From the NCBI GenBank assembly GCA_963674595.2, contig CAXXFV010000003.1, positions 64,001 to 128,000 of the forward strand: a stretch of DNA of 64,000 nt, written 5' to 3'. The stretch comes from a bacterium (GTDB lineage Bacteria > Zhuqueibacterota > Zhuqueibacteria > Residuimicrobiales > Krinioviventaceae). Positions within the stretch are counted from its first letter, which is position 1. Each line of letters begins with the position of its first letter. Both the position numbers and the translations under genes were made by a program. This document shows, piece after piece, positions 37,331-48,740 of this stretch. The notes beneath the pieces are model-generated. The model did no database searches. It was not told the DNA's origin and was given only the letters and a program-made list of their open reading frames with translations.

Positions 37331-38554
37331 GTGGACACCTCCTTTGGTTTATAATATAAAAAGTGCTTAACTTTGTGTCCACTAAAATATAGCAACTTTA
37401 CCGTTTTGAGGATTCCTGGTAATTTGTCGGAATACTACCCAGGACTAATACTGGATTGAGACTTTATAGGCACCTGGGTTAGTCCAGGTCAAGACCTTCA
37501 GTCGGAATACTACCCAGGACTAATACTGGATTGAGACATTTGGGATTTATTAGACTAAACAGTTCCAATCTCAGTCGGAATACTACCCAGGACTAATACT
37601 GGATTGAGACACATTGAATTAAAATTGTTATTGTATGTATTGCAAAGTCGGAATACTACCCAGGACTAATACTGGATTGAGACAAAAAGACCGCAATCGG
37701 CGATAAACTCGTCTCCTTCATGTCGGAATACTACCCAGGACTAATACTGGATTGAGACATTGAAATACTTCATTAGATGTGTCCTTAACCATTAACCGTC
37801 GGAATACTACCCAGGACTAATACTGGATTGAGACTTTCGTTGGATCCATTGGTTGACCATTAGACATGATTTGTCGGAATACTACCCAGGACTAATACTG
37901 GATTGAGACTACGGTTATCCACTACCGCTCCAACCAACATCAACGGTCGGAATACTACCCAGGACTAATACTGGATTGAGACATCCCCATCACGAGAGGT
38001 GATCCTCCGCATCCAGGTCGGAATACTACCCAGGACTAATACTGGATTGAGACATTTGTAAGAAATTTTTGATTATTATAAACTTTCAATGTCGGAATAC
38101 TACCCAGGACTAATACTGGATTGAGACATCCATGGCGCCGGTTCGTTAAACGACATATGAACGCCAGTCGGAATACTACCCAGGACTAATACTGGATTGA
38201 GACACTGCCAAATCATTTTCGATAAAATAAATCCATGCTTTGTCGGAATACTACTCAGGACTAATACTGGATTGAGACTTGAATATGAACCATTTGTGCA
38301 CGTATAAAAATTACCGTCGGAATACTACCCAGGACTAATACTGGATTGAGACTTTTATGTGTTTAATGTTATGATAAATTTTCGTTTTGTATCAATAGGA
38401 TCCACACAGATCGAGGCCATGAGATTGTTGCTTACAAAAAATGAAAAAGTGTCCAAGAAGGTTTGACATATCTAATATATCATTAATTAAAAGCGAAAAT
38501 CATTATCATATTTGATTCAGGAGCAAAGTGAGATACAACTGAAAAGGAGTTTAT

Positions 38555-39667
38555 ATGTCCAAAACACTCATCAGCCTAATAAGCGATCAAACAATTCCCA
38601 ATTTATTGTTAATAAGGGAATTCCCTGAAGTAGAGAATCATGTCTTTATTACAACACCGGAAATGGAAGCAAAAAAAAAATCCGATCATTTACAAAATGC
38701 GGCGAACTTAGCAGACACAAAAATTAATAAACTGATTGTGCAAGCGGACTCGCTTCTTGATGTTGAGGAAAAACTCGGGAAAGCAAACTTGACCGAGCAA
38801 AATCAATATATCATCAATTTAACTGGTGGAACCAAATTGATGTCGATAGGACTGTATAACTTCTTTCGGAACTCAAAATTAATGTGCGATATGTATTATA
38901 TTGATATTCGCAAGCACACATATCGCAAGGTTTTTCCGGTGGTAAAGAAAAAGGAAAAACAGTTTAAAGGGAATTTGGGGCTACAAGAGTATTTAACCGG
39001 CTATGGTCTAGGCATAAAAAATTCGAATCAAATAAATGACCTTACTTGTGAGCCGGAGGTTACATCCTCATTTTATAAAAAATATCTTTCTTTTAGCGAT
39101 TTTGACCTCAGTTTGCTTTCAGCCTTGCGGGCCAATCGCAAAAGGAAATTACAACTGGATGCAACAGAAGCAACCATGTTAAAAAAACGATGGGGCATTA
39201 CGCTTTCTAATGAAGGATTTATAGATAAAAGTGAAATTCATTTTTTAACTGGTGAATGGTTTGAGGAATATGTTTATTCGTGGATAAAATCATACCTCAA
39301 TCTAAAGGATGAGCAAATCGGCACCGGAGTATCTATTACGCGTAAGGAAGTAGAAAATGAATTTGATGTTTTGTTCTATCATAATCATACTTTGTCAGTA
39401 ATTGAATGTAAAACTGGTTTGTGGAACAGTACTGCGAATCGGAATATTCTTGGAGATACACTGTATAAACTGGACGCATTAAGAAGCGATTTTGGCCTTC
39501 GTGTTAAACCGTATATATTCACTCTAGCAGAACGTGGGGACGAAAAGTATAATATCCGGGAACATCACGAAGAACGGGCAAAATGGATGGGTGTTGAGAT
39601 TGTTGACAGATCAATTTTATTAAATCCGGAAAAGCGGGCAATGTTGATGAATAAAATTAAGGGATGA
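38555..39667 (+). CDS. Card1/Can2-like CARF + PD-(D/E)xK nuclease
   Basis: LISDQTIPN, NLTGGTKLMS, GEWFEEY, NEFDV, IECKTG. Confidence 0.85.
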   Translation: MSKTLISLISDQTIPNLLLIREFPEVENHVFITTPEMEAKKKSDHLQNAANLADTKINKLIVQADSLLDVEEKLGKANLTEQNQYIINLTGGTKLMSIGLYNFFRNSKLMCDMYYIDIRKHTYRKVFPVVKKKEKQFKGNLGLQEYLTGYGLGIKNSNQINDLTCEPEVTSSFYKKYLSFSDFDLSLLSALRANRKRKLQLDATEATMLKKRWGITLSNEGFIDKSEIHFLTGEWFEEYVYSWIKSYLNLKDEQIGTGVSITRKEVENEFDVLFYHNHTLSVIECKTGLWNSTANRNILGDTLYKLDALRSDFGLRVKPYIFTLAERGDEKYNIREHHEERAKWMGVEIVDRSILLNPEKRAMLMNKIKG

Positions 39668-39751
39668 TAGACACAATCCAAGACAACGACATATCGAGTT
39701 TTTCGCCCTTGTTTATGATATACAGAATTTCTAAAACCAAGGACAAATGCA

Positions 39752-42724
39752 ATGTCTAAATTATTCGACCAGCTCACAAGTGATACCACTCTAACGACTG
39801 CATGGGAAAAGGTAAGATCAAACGCCGGGGCAGCAGGTGTCGATCAGATTACTGTGAGACACTTTGAGGAAAATGTCAATGAAAAGCTGATTATCCTCAA
39901 AACCTCTCTAATCGACGGTTCATACCAGCCCTTGCCTTTAAAAACATTTCGAATTAATAAAGAGGACGGACGAAAACGTACTTTACATATTCCCACAGTT
40001 CGAGATAGGATTGTCGCTCAAGCTTTAGTGATGGTAATTCAGCCGATTTATGAAAAGATATTCCACAATTGCAGCTATGCATACAGGCCGGGATTATCTT
40101 CTAAAAAAGCATTGGATCGTGTTGAACGAAATCTAAAGCGTGGCAGGGTTTGGGTTCTTAACCTTGATATTATGGATTTTTTTGACAGTGTTAACAGAGC
40201 CCTTTTGATGAATTTGCTTGAACAGGAAATAGCAGATAAAAATATCCAGAAAATAGTCCGGTTGCTAATAGATTCATTTGAAAATGAAACCAACTCGGGG
40301 ATTGCACAAGGTCTGCCCCTCTCCCCTTTGCTATCCAATATTTATTTACACCCGTTGGATGACCGACTCGTGCGTGCACAATGGAATTACATCCGATATT
40401 CGGATAATATTTTAGTATTGGACAAAGAAGAATCACAGATAAACAAAGCATTTGATTGGATTAAAGAAGAGATGGAAAAACTGGATTTGACATGGAGCGA
40501 AGAAAAAACAGCTATTGTTCATTTAAAATCAGGCTTTTCATTCCTTGGTTTTCATTTCAATGAAAAGGGTAAACAGCCGGATAGACCTGCATTCGAAAGA
40601 CTGGACAAACGCATAGGTAGTCTGCTGGGAAAAGCTTTTCAATATACCGATGCACAAATGAAAAGCAAATTAGAGGCAATACTTCGTGGTTGGCTTAATT
40701 ACTTTGATATAAATGCAGATGATAAAAAAGAAATATTGGCTCAAGTTGATCAGAATATTCCGGGAGACGACAATGCACTTCCACGCAAAATAATCAAAGT
40801 AGTATTGGCATATCAGCTGGGAGATGAAGAAAGTGCACGGAATGAATTGAAAGCAGAAGATATTATGACTTCGCAGGATGCAAGGCTTAATTTCCAGTGG
40901 GGAATTATATGTGATATATTAGGTTTCCAAAATGAGGCAAGAGACAGCTATTTAGCAGCCTTTCGACAGGAACCAAACGATCCCGAAACAGCCTTTCAAA
41001 TAGGCTTATACTATTTAAAGCGAAACCAGCACGACCAGGCCATTCGTTATTTACAAAAATCAGTACAGTTAGATTCTGAAACTGCATTATACCAATTTAC
41101 ACTTGGCATTGCCCTAAAAAATTATTCACTGCATGGCGCTGCCGGAAAAGCTTTGAAAAAGGCATACGACCTGGAACCATCCCTCAGACATATATTAGAC
41201 AAAACTCCCAAACCAAGTGATAACGATGAGAGATACAAAAAATTTTCAGATAATGATATTGATTTATTTCTTAGACTATTCAATGGTCGGGAAGGTGTGC
41301 ATGCAATACAATGGCTTAATGATGATGGTAGAACGGGATACTCTAGTGTAAAGAACCGGATTTCTCCTTCTGACATAAAAGCCCACTGGCAGGGTGGTAT
41401 TACGCTGGGCATGTACTTGATGCGGATGGATAATACTGTCAGCCATCTTGTTTTTGATATTGATGTTACCAGACAGGCTAGGAGTTTAATTTCTGATGAG
41501 GAAAATTTGCATGAATGGCAGGAGTTTGTACTGAATGATGTGCATCTTGTCAGGTCAGTTTTAAACGATCTGGGCATTCATGCGGTGGCCGAAGACTCCG
41601 GTTACAAAGGTGCTCATTTATGGGTATTTTTTAACGAACCTCAACCTGCCCGACGTATTATTAATTTTGCGAGAAAAGTAATCCAAAAAGCAGGGCCACC
41701 ACCAACAGGACTTCACCGGGAAATATTCCCCAATCAACCTTCTGTTTCGGAAAAAGCACTAGGACCTCTCGTCAAAATTCCCATGGGTTTGCACAAGTTG
41801 ACGCAAAAGAGATGCGAATTTCTAAATGAAACAGGCCAACCGGTTAATAGTCCATTTGACTTTATAAAAAAAATAAAGGCTGTAACAACAAAAGAACTGC
41901 TTACAGCTTTCGAGAAAACCAGGTCAACTGCAAGGCTCGACAAAACCAAAATAAAAAAACAAGACAGTGAAAAGCTTGACAAAATTTTTAATGGTTGTAA
42001 CGTTCTTGCCTATTTGCAGGAAAAGGCCATAAAAGAACACCAACTATCCCACATGGACCGATTAACCTTATTGTGTGTTATCTCTTTCCTTGGCGAGGCA
42101 GGGAGGCAAAAGCTACATGAAATTATCAGTAACTCAACAAATTACGATTTCAAAATTACAGAAAGATGGTATCAACGAAAACGGGGTTATCCTGTCAGTT
42201 GTCCAAAAATTCGAATTTGGCAAAGCAACATTACCCCTGCTGTAGGCTGCTATTGTAAGTTTAAAGAAAATCCTGGAAATTATCCTTCTCCTCTACTTCA
42301 CGCAGATGAAAATTATATCAGTAAATTAAAAAAGAAAATTAACAAAGAACTGAAACAAAACAAAAGCATTAAAGATTCGCCAAAACAAAGCCAAGACTAT
42401 GCTGAGCCCAAAGCAAACAATACCGAAAAAGACAAACACGAAACGAGATCAAATGACAAAATAGTCGAGAACAATAAATCTCAATTGAATAACAAGGAGT
42501 CAAATAATGGTTCAGGAGTCCAAAAAGAAATATTAGAAGATATTGTAGAAAAATATTTAAAATTGCTGACGAAAAAGCGGAATATTGAACGACAACTTTT
42601 ACAGATTGAAGAAAAACTAGACCAAATAGCAACAGATAATGGTGGCGATACAATTGAGACCAAGATGGGAAAATTGATAAAAAAGACGGAAAACGGCAAA
42701 ACAAAATGGCTATTAGAATTATAA
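39752..42724 (+). CDS. Reverse transcriptase-TPR-AEP primase-polymerase fusion (CRISPR-associated primase-polymerase type)
   Basis: RT: AGVD, IPTVRDRI, SYAYRPG, DIMDFFD, QG..LSPLLSNIYL, YSDN, FLGF; TPRs; AEP: FDID, SGYKGAH, EIFP, VKIP; Cys-rich PriL-like tail. Confidence 0.9.
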   Translation: MSKLFDQLTSDTTLTTAWEKVRSNAGAAGVDQITVRHFEENVNEKLIILKTSLIDGSYQPLPLKTFRINKEDGRKRTLHIPTVRDRIVAQALVMVIQPIYEKIFHNCSYAYRPGLSSKKALDRVERNLKRGRVWVLNLDIMDFFDSVNRALLMNLLEQEIADKNIQKIVRLLIDSFENETNSGIAQGLPLSPLLSNIYLHPLDDRLVRAQWNYIRYSDNILVLDKEESQINKAFDWIKEEMEKLDLTWSEEKTAIVHLKSGFSFLGFHFNEKGKQPDRPAFERLDKRIGSLLGKAFQYTDAQMKSKLEAILRGWLNYFDINADDKKEILAQVDQNIPGDDNALPRKIIKVVLAYQLGDEESARNELKAEDIMTSQDARLNFQWGIICDILGFQNEARDSYLAAFRQEPNDPETAFQIGLYYLKRNQHDQAIRYLQKSVQLDSETALYQFTLGIALKNYSLHGAAGKALKKAYDLEPSLRHILDKTPKPSDNDERYKKFSDNDIDLFLRLFNGREGVHAIQWLNDDGRTGYSSVKNRISPSDIKAHWQGGITLGMYLMRMDNTVSHLVFDIDVTRQARSLISDEENLHEWQEFVLNDVHLVRSVLNDLGIHAVAEDSGYKGAHLWVFFNEPQPARRIINFARKVIQKAGPPPTGLHREIFPNQPSVSEKALGPLVKIPMGLHKLTQKRCEFLNETGQPVNSPFDFIKKIKAVTTKELLTAFEKTRSTARLDKTKIKKQDSEKLDKIFNGCNVLAYLQEKAIKEHQLSHMDRLTLLCVISFLGEAGRQKLHEIISNSTNYDFKITERWYQRKRGYPVSCPKIRIWQSNITPAVGCYCKFKENPGNYPSPLLHADENYISKLKKKINKELKQNKSIKDSPKQSQDYAEPKANNTEKDKHETRSNDKIVENNKSQLNNKESNNGSGVQKEILEDIVEKYLKLLTKKRNIERQLLQIEEKLDQIATDNGGDTIETKMGKLIKKTENGKTKWLLEL

Positions 42725-42777
42725 TAAATACCAAAATCAGCATCCAGTTCTTTTAAATGAGTTAAAGGTCAATTTTT

Positions 42778-43767
42778 ATGAGCAATCTTTATGTTACCGA
42801 GCAAAACTCTGTAATTAGACTATCATCCCGCACTTTGCAAATTACAAAGGGAAAGGAAAAGATAGCACAAGTTCCAATGATAAATGTTGACAGCATTCTC
42901 GTTTTTGGAAATCCTCAAATTACAACTCAGGCAATGGCTGTTTTATTGGAAGAGGGAATTGATGTCGCTTTTCTATCGACAAACGGGAAACTGCGTGGAC
43001 GGTTAACATCATCTGTGTCCAAAAACGTACTGTTACGAGTTGCTCAATACGAACGTCAATTGGATGATGAATTTCAGGTTAATTTGGCTCGAACGATTGT
43101 GAAGTCGAAAATCCGTAACGGGCGTAAAGTAATAAAGCGCTTTTTATACAACCATAGTAATTTTGATTTTTCCAACGAACTTTTATTAATTGAAACGACT
43201 TTAAAAAAACTGGATAACCAAAAAACGGTTAATAGTCTTATGGGTTCCGAAGGGATTGCAACCGCTGCCTATTTTAAGGCTTTTGGAAAGATGTTTTTAA
43301 AAGACTTTCGTTTTGAAACGAGAAGCCGCCGTCCTCCCAAAGATCCTGTGAACGCTTTATTAAGTTTTGGCTATACACTCCTTACTAATGAGATTTTGGC
43401 CCTGGTAACAGCGCATGGACTTGATCCGCATATTGGTTTTTTACATGGTATTGTTTATGGAAGGCCATCGCTTGCTTTGGATATCGTTGAAGAGTTCCGC
43501 CACCCTGTTATTGACAGGTTTGTGCTGAATTTATTCAATTATCGCAAGCTGAATAAAAATGATTTTGAAAAAAGTGAAAATGGAATATTATTAACAGATG
43601 AAGGAAGGAAAACATTTTTTGCTCATTATGATAAGTTACTAAAGCGTAACCTGAGCAAAGAAAAAGGCCCCATTACCTTACGGGATTTATTAAAAAGACA
43701 AGTACGTTGTATGACAGCAACAATAAAAAACAATGCTCCATATAAACCATATAAATTTCAAGCTTAA
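42778..43767 (+). CDS. cas1: Cas1
   Basis: LMGSEG.A..AYF, R.RRPPKDPVNALLSFGY, GFLH, SLALDIVEEFR. Confidence 0.97.
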   Translation: MSNLYVTEQNSVIRLSSRTLQITKGKEKIAQVPMINVDSILVFGNPQITTQAMAVLLEEGIDVAFLSTNGKLRGRLTSSVSKNVLLRVAQYERQLDDEFQVNLARTIVKSKIRNGRKVIKRFLYNHSNFDFSNELLLIETTLKKLDNQKTVNSLMGSEGIATAAYFKAFGKMFLKDFRFETRSRRPPKDPVNALLSFGYTLLTNEILALVTAHGLDPHIGFLHGIVYGRPSLALDIVEEFRHPVIDRFVLNLFNYRKLNKNDFEKSENGILLTDEGRKTFFAHYDKLLKRNLSKEKGPITLRDLLKRQVRCMTATIKNNAPYKPYKFQA

Positions 43768-43768
43768 A

Positions 43769-44050
43769 ATGTTTGTTATTGTTTCATACGACATTGTGGA
43801 TGATAAAAACCGGACCAAGATTGCAAAAAAGATGTGCAACTACGGTTCTCGCATTCAGTATAGCGTATTTGAGTGCAATATAAATAAAACCCAATACAAA
43901 GAAATGAAAAAACAGTTAAAAAAGTTTATAGATCCGGAAAAAGACAGCATTCGATTTTTTAGACTATGTGGTGAATGTAAACGTAATGTAGAATCTTTAG
44001 GAATAAAGAAAGGGTATGTTCCAGAAAAGGATGAGGCCATTATAGTATAA
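43769..44050 (+). CDS. cas2: Cas2
   Basis: MFVIVSYDI, YGSRIQYSVFEC, DSIRFFRLC. Confidence 0.95.
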   Translation: MFVIVSYDIVDDKNRTKIAKKMCNYGSRIQYSVFECNINKTQYKEMKKQLKKFIDPEKDSIRFFRLCGECKRNVESLGIKKGYVPEKDEAIIV

Positions 44051-44058
44051 AGAAAAAC

Positions 44059-44317
44059 TTGACAAAAAAGCAGAAATTTTGTATCCTTTTATTAAAATAA
44101 GTGCAATTTAAAAAAACCATTTACTCAAAACACCCTTAAAAAGGGGTAGTATAGAGTAAAAGCTGTAGTTTCATTAAAATAAAGGCGCTTAGGACAGTTT
44201 TTTGTTGATTTTTACCCCGAAAAATAGCTTAAAAAAAGTTCGAAAAACGTCAAATTTTCGAGAATATGGTTTTGCACAACTTAACCTATTGTTATTAAAG
44301 GGTAAATTAAGGCAGCT
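44059..44317 (+). promoter_or_regulatory. Promoter and leader of array 3
   Basis: TTGACA-17-TATCCT at 44059-44087; leader near-identical to 35128-35334. Confidence 0.8.
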
Positions 44318-47300
44318 GTCGAAATACTACCCAGGACTAATACTGGATTGAGACTTTGTTCAGCAATTCCATAAATCTGAATTACAAACGGTCGAAATAC
44401 TACCCAGGACTAATACTGGATTGAGACAGATGCTGCTGAGTGTACCAGCAAGAAGCCGTGAACGGTCGAAATACTACCCAGGACTAATACTGGATTGAGA
44501 CATCATAAATACAAAAAACGTAACAAAAAATTTTAAAGGTCGAAATACTACCCAGGACTAATACTGGATTGAGACATCTTCACTAAAGATCTGAATACTA
44601 CATTCACTAGGCAGTCGAAATACTACCCAGGACTAATACTGGATTGAGACGTCATTTGCAATGAATTAAAAAAAATGAAAACAGGCAAGTCGAAATACTA
44701 CCCAGGACTAATACTGGATTGAGACTTAAAACAACCAACCATGTTTTTAATGATTTCATGATGTCGAAATACTACCCAGGACTAATACTGGATTGAGACA
44801 ATACTACGATCAGTATGATAATTATTGCAACAAAAAGTCGAAATACTACCCAGGACTAATACTGGATTGAGACAAAATCGTACAGTCTTCCATCTTCAGT
44901 TCGATCAATGCGTCGAAATACTACCCAGGACTAATACTGGATTGAGACATTACAAAGCTGGCACCATTTGTCGTCTTTGAATTTAGTCGAAATACTACCC
45001 AGGACTAATACTGGATTGAGACATATATTCAGAAAATGCATTTTCTAAAGAAATACATGTCGAAATACTACCCAGGACTAATACTGGATTGAGACTTTCT
45101 GCAAATACAATTTCAAATTCATCTTTTTTAAGTCGAAATACTACCCAGGACTAATACTGGATTGAGACAACTCTTTTTACAGCTGTTTTTGTGATAACCG
45201 GCACAGGAGTCGAAATACTACCCAGGACTAATACTGGATTGAGACATTTTGGCTTCGACCATTAAGGCCTTTGTCCATTTAAAGTCGAAATACTACCCAG
45301 GACTAATACTGGATTGAGACTTACAATCACTCTTGCTATAATAAACATAACAAGTCCCCGTCGAAATACTACCCAGGACTAATACTGGATTGAGACTTTA
45401 TAAGCTTAATACGCATTGTCCTTTATGCTCCTTGTCGAAATACTACCCAGGACTAATACTGGATTGAGACTATGAACGCCACAAATGTCTAATTCATAAC
45501 CATGGTGTCGAAATACTACCCAGGACTAATACTGGATTGAGACATTTTGCGCCCTCTGTTGTCTGGTTTAATTCATATTGGTCGAAATACTACCCAGGAC
45601 TAATACTGGATTGAGACTCCTTCAGCCCATGGCCATACAACAGCCAGACTGAATGTCGAAATACTACCCAGGACTAATACTGGATTGAGACAGTTTTAAT
45701 TATTGGCTAATTTTTTAACCAATTCAATGTCGAAATACTACCCAGGACTAATACTGGATTGAGACTTATTGACTTCGAAAAATGCAAAATTCGTATCACC
45801 TGTCGAAATACTACCCAGGACTAATACTGGATTGAGACCAAAATAATATACTCAATAATATACTCAGCTTCATAACGTCGAAATACTACCCAGGACTAAT
45901 ACTGGATTGAGACAAATATCTTACCCGCCACATGGGTTTTAACCATATAGGTCGAAATACTACCCAGGACTAATACTGGATTGAGACTTTTTTTCTCTTC
46001 TATAATGATTAGAAGACGATTGGGTCGAAATACTACCCAGGACTAATACTGGATTGAGACATTTACTCACCTGCAGCCTCTTTCTCAAAGTATTCTTTGT
46101 CGAAATACTACCCAGGACTAATACTGGATTGAGACTTAAAACAACCAACCATGTTTTTAATGATTTCATGATGTCGAAATACTACCCAGGACTAATACTG
46201 GATTGAGACAATACTACGATCAGTATGATAATTATTGCAACAAAAAGTCGAAATACTACCCAGGACTAATACTGGATTGAGACAAAATCGTACAGTCTTC
46301 CATCTTCAGTTCGATCAATGCGTCGAAATACTACCCAGGACTAATACTGGATTGAGACATTACAAAGCTGGCACCATTTGTCGTCTTTGAATTTAGTCGA
46401 AATACTACCCAGGACTAATACTGGATTGAGACATATATTCAGAAAATGCATTTTCTAAAGAAATACATGTCGAAATACTACCCAGGACTAATACTGGATT
46501 GAGACTTTCTGCAAATACAATTTCAAATTCATCTTTTTTAAGTCGAAATACTACCCAGGACTAATACTGGATTGAGACAACTCTTTTTACAGCTGTTTTT
46601 GTGATAACCGGCACAGGAGTCGAAATACTACCCAGGACTAATACTGGATTGAGACATTTTGGCTTCGACCATTAAGGCCTTTGTCCATTTAAAGTCGAAA
46701 TACTACCCAGGACTAATACTGGATTGAGACTTACAATCACTCTTGCTATAATAAACATAACAAGTCCCCGTCGAAATACTACCCAGGACTAATACTGGAT
46801 TGAGACTTTATAAGCTTAATACGCATTGTCCTTTATGCTCCTTGTCGAAATACTACCCAGGACTAATACTGGATTGAGACGGTTAGTACGGTACAATTTT
46901 CTAGACAACAATTCATGAGTCGAAATACTACCCAGGACTAATACTGGATTGAGACTTATAAAATCAAATAGTGTACAAGACGCAATCCTTGGTCGAAATA
47001 CTACCCAGGACTAATACTGGATTGAGACATATAATCCGTCACTACCAATCAGCTGTGGTACATTTTGTCGAAATACTACCCAGGACTAATACTGGATTGA
47101 GACACATAGATTCCACCATAGTCATTACAAAAATCATTATTGTCGAAATACTACCCAGGACTAATACTGGATTGAGACTTTTGATACATCTGGTCAACAA
47201 TTTCTGATGGCGGAAGTCGAAATACTACCCAGGACTAATACTGGATTGAGACTCATATCTTACCTTTCTCATACCGAGCTCTCGGACAAGTCGAAATACT

Positions 47301-47920
47301 ACCCAGGACTAATACTGGATTGAGACATTACATTGGGTTCACCTATTGTTTTGGCCATAAGGCGTCGAAATACTACCCAGGACTAATACTGGATTGAGAC
47401 AAAATTGTTACTGGCGAACGTAAAAACTCAGATCCAAGTCGAAATACTACCCAGGACTAATACTGGATTGAGACGAAATTATTCCGCAAGAAGCCAGATA
47501 TTTCTAATAATGTCGAAATACTACCCAGGACTAATACTGGATTGAGACATATTCTACTACTTTTTTTATTTTTGTGTTATAAGGTCGAAATACTACCCAG
47601 GACTAATACTGGATTGAGACATAATAATCAAATTTATGAAAAAAATTAACCATTACAGTCGAAATACTACCCAGGACTAATACTGGATTGAGACTTTAAC
47701 TCCTGCTAGAGCCAGCATTATCCATTTTGCCAGTCGAAATACTACCCAGGACTAATACTGGATTGAGACTTAAAGAAAAAAGAGCGAGCGGCAATTGACG
47801 TATTTTGTCGAAATACTACCCAGGACTAATACTGGATTGAGACAATTCTTGTTATATAAGAAGCATTTTTTTACTGTTATTCGGTGGAAATAGACCTAAT
47901 TACCACGGAACGATTGAGAC
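44318..47920 (+). CRISPR. CRISPR array 3: 48 repeats GTCGAAATACTACCCAGGACTAATACTGGATTGAGAC plus a terminal array-1-type repeat (47884-47920)
   Basis: Regular repeat/spacer pattern; 10-spacer block duplicated; last repeat GTGGAAATAGACCTAATTACCACGGAACGATTGAGAC. Confidence 0.98.
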
Positions 47921-48607
47921 CCCTCCTTCAATCAGTAACACAAATGTCGGATCACCGATCCTGACAACAGCGTTTTTAATAGATTGCTGAATTCTTAACA
48001 ATATCTCAGCAACAAAAGGCATGGAATTAAATAGACTCACACCCTGGGGATGGCCGTCTCTTAGATCAAATGTTAAATACTGAACAAATTCCGGGTGCTC
48101 TAATATAACAGGTTTTGCAGCTTCATGAGGTATGGAAGCTAACCACAATCTACTGTCTTTCCGGATAAACCGGACCTTTGAAGCATCACCGACTTTTAGC
48201 CGGTCTACACCATTCAAACCTGCAAAAGGAACTGTCTCAAAGACACCGTACCCATTGGCCAGAGCTGAATCATAGACTTGTTGTAAACACCCGTGAAGTC
48301 CTTTGTGGAAATACCCAACCCTGATCTCTTTTTTAAAATTGTTCAAGGCTTTTAAAACATTCGGATTATCACAACGATATTCAAAATCACCGATCAATCT
48401 CCGAAGCTTTAATACAGCTACATCCAAAATAGGAATGGCTTCGCGGAGAATATTATATATCTTGAGATTGTACCGTAACGGCTCATATCCGTTTAAATAG
48501 GTCTGAAATGGGCTGTCACTTGCAGAATAAAGTTGGGATTTAACAATAACATTGTTGGATTGTTTTGGTGGGAAATATTTATTAAGATTGAATTTTGGAA
48601 GGTTCAT
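47900..48607 (-). CDS. Truncated phage portal-like protein (copy 2)
   Basis: Only about 6 aa differences from copy 1; same repeat-derived VSIVPW* end. Confidence 0.7.
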   Translation of the reverse strand: MNLPKFNLNKYFPPKQSNNVIVKSQLYSASDSPFQTYLNGYEPLRYNLKIYNILREAIPILDVAVLKLRRLIGDFEYRCDNPNVLKALNNFKKEIRVGYFHKGLHGCLQQVYDSALANGYGVFETVPFAGLNGVDRLKVGDASKVRFIRKDSRLWLASIPHEAAKPVILEHPEFVQYLTFDLRDGHPQGVSLFNSMPFVAEILLRIQQSIKNAVVRIGDPTFVLLIEGGVSIVPW

Positions 48608-48740
48608 TAACTGCCCATATATAGAATGCACTCAAACAACACGTTCTATATATAGCAGAATAGGGGTAATTAATCAATATTTTGTGGGTTATACACCCAT
48701 AGCTTGTAAAAAGGTAGTTTCTCTTGGATGGAATTGCAAT

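Larger units (their letters stand above)
36135..37400 (-). mobile_element. IS3-family element
   Basis: Imperfect IRs TGAAATTGCAATAAAAAAATGGACAC / TAAAGTTGCTATATTTTAGTGGACAC; CCG target duplication (36132-36134, 37401-37403); orfA + orfB. Confidence 0.95.
35335..38352 (+). CRISPR. CRISPR array 2: 24 repeats GTCGGAATACTACCCAGGACTAATACTGGATTGAGAC, interrupted by IS3 in spacer 11
   Basis: 11 repeats before and 13 after the IS; one repeat variant at 38242. Confidence 0.98.

Noticed and set aside
37983-38016. Spacer containing GAGGTGATCCTCCGCA, reminiscent of the antisense 16S rRNA 3' end
   Set aside because: Only a short gapped match and the flanks do not fit; likely chance
39752-40700. RT as a group II intron, retron or DGR
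   Set aside because: Fused to TPR/AEP and adjacent to cas1-cas2; no intron domain V/VI, msr-msd or TR/VR pair seen
1354-47843. Self-targeting spacers against the resident prophage units
   Set aside because: None found by eye; an exhaustive alignment could not be run, so this is unresolved rather than excluded
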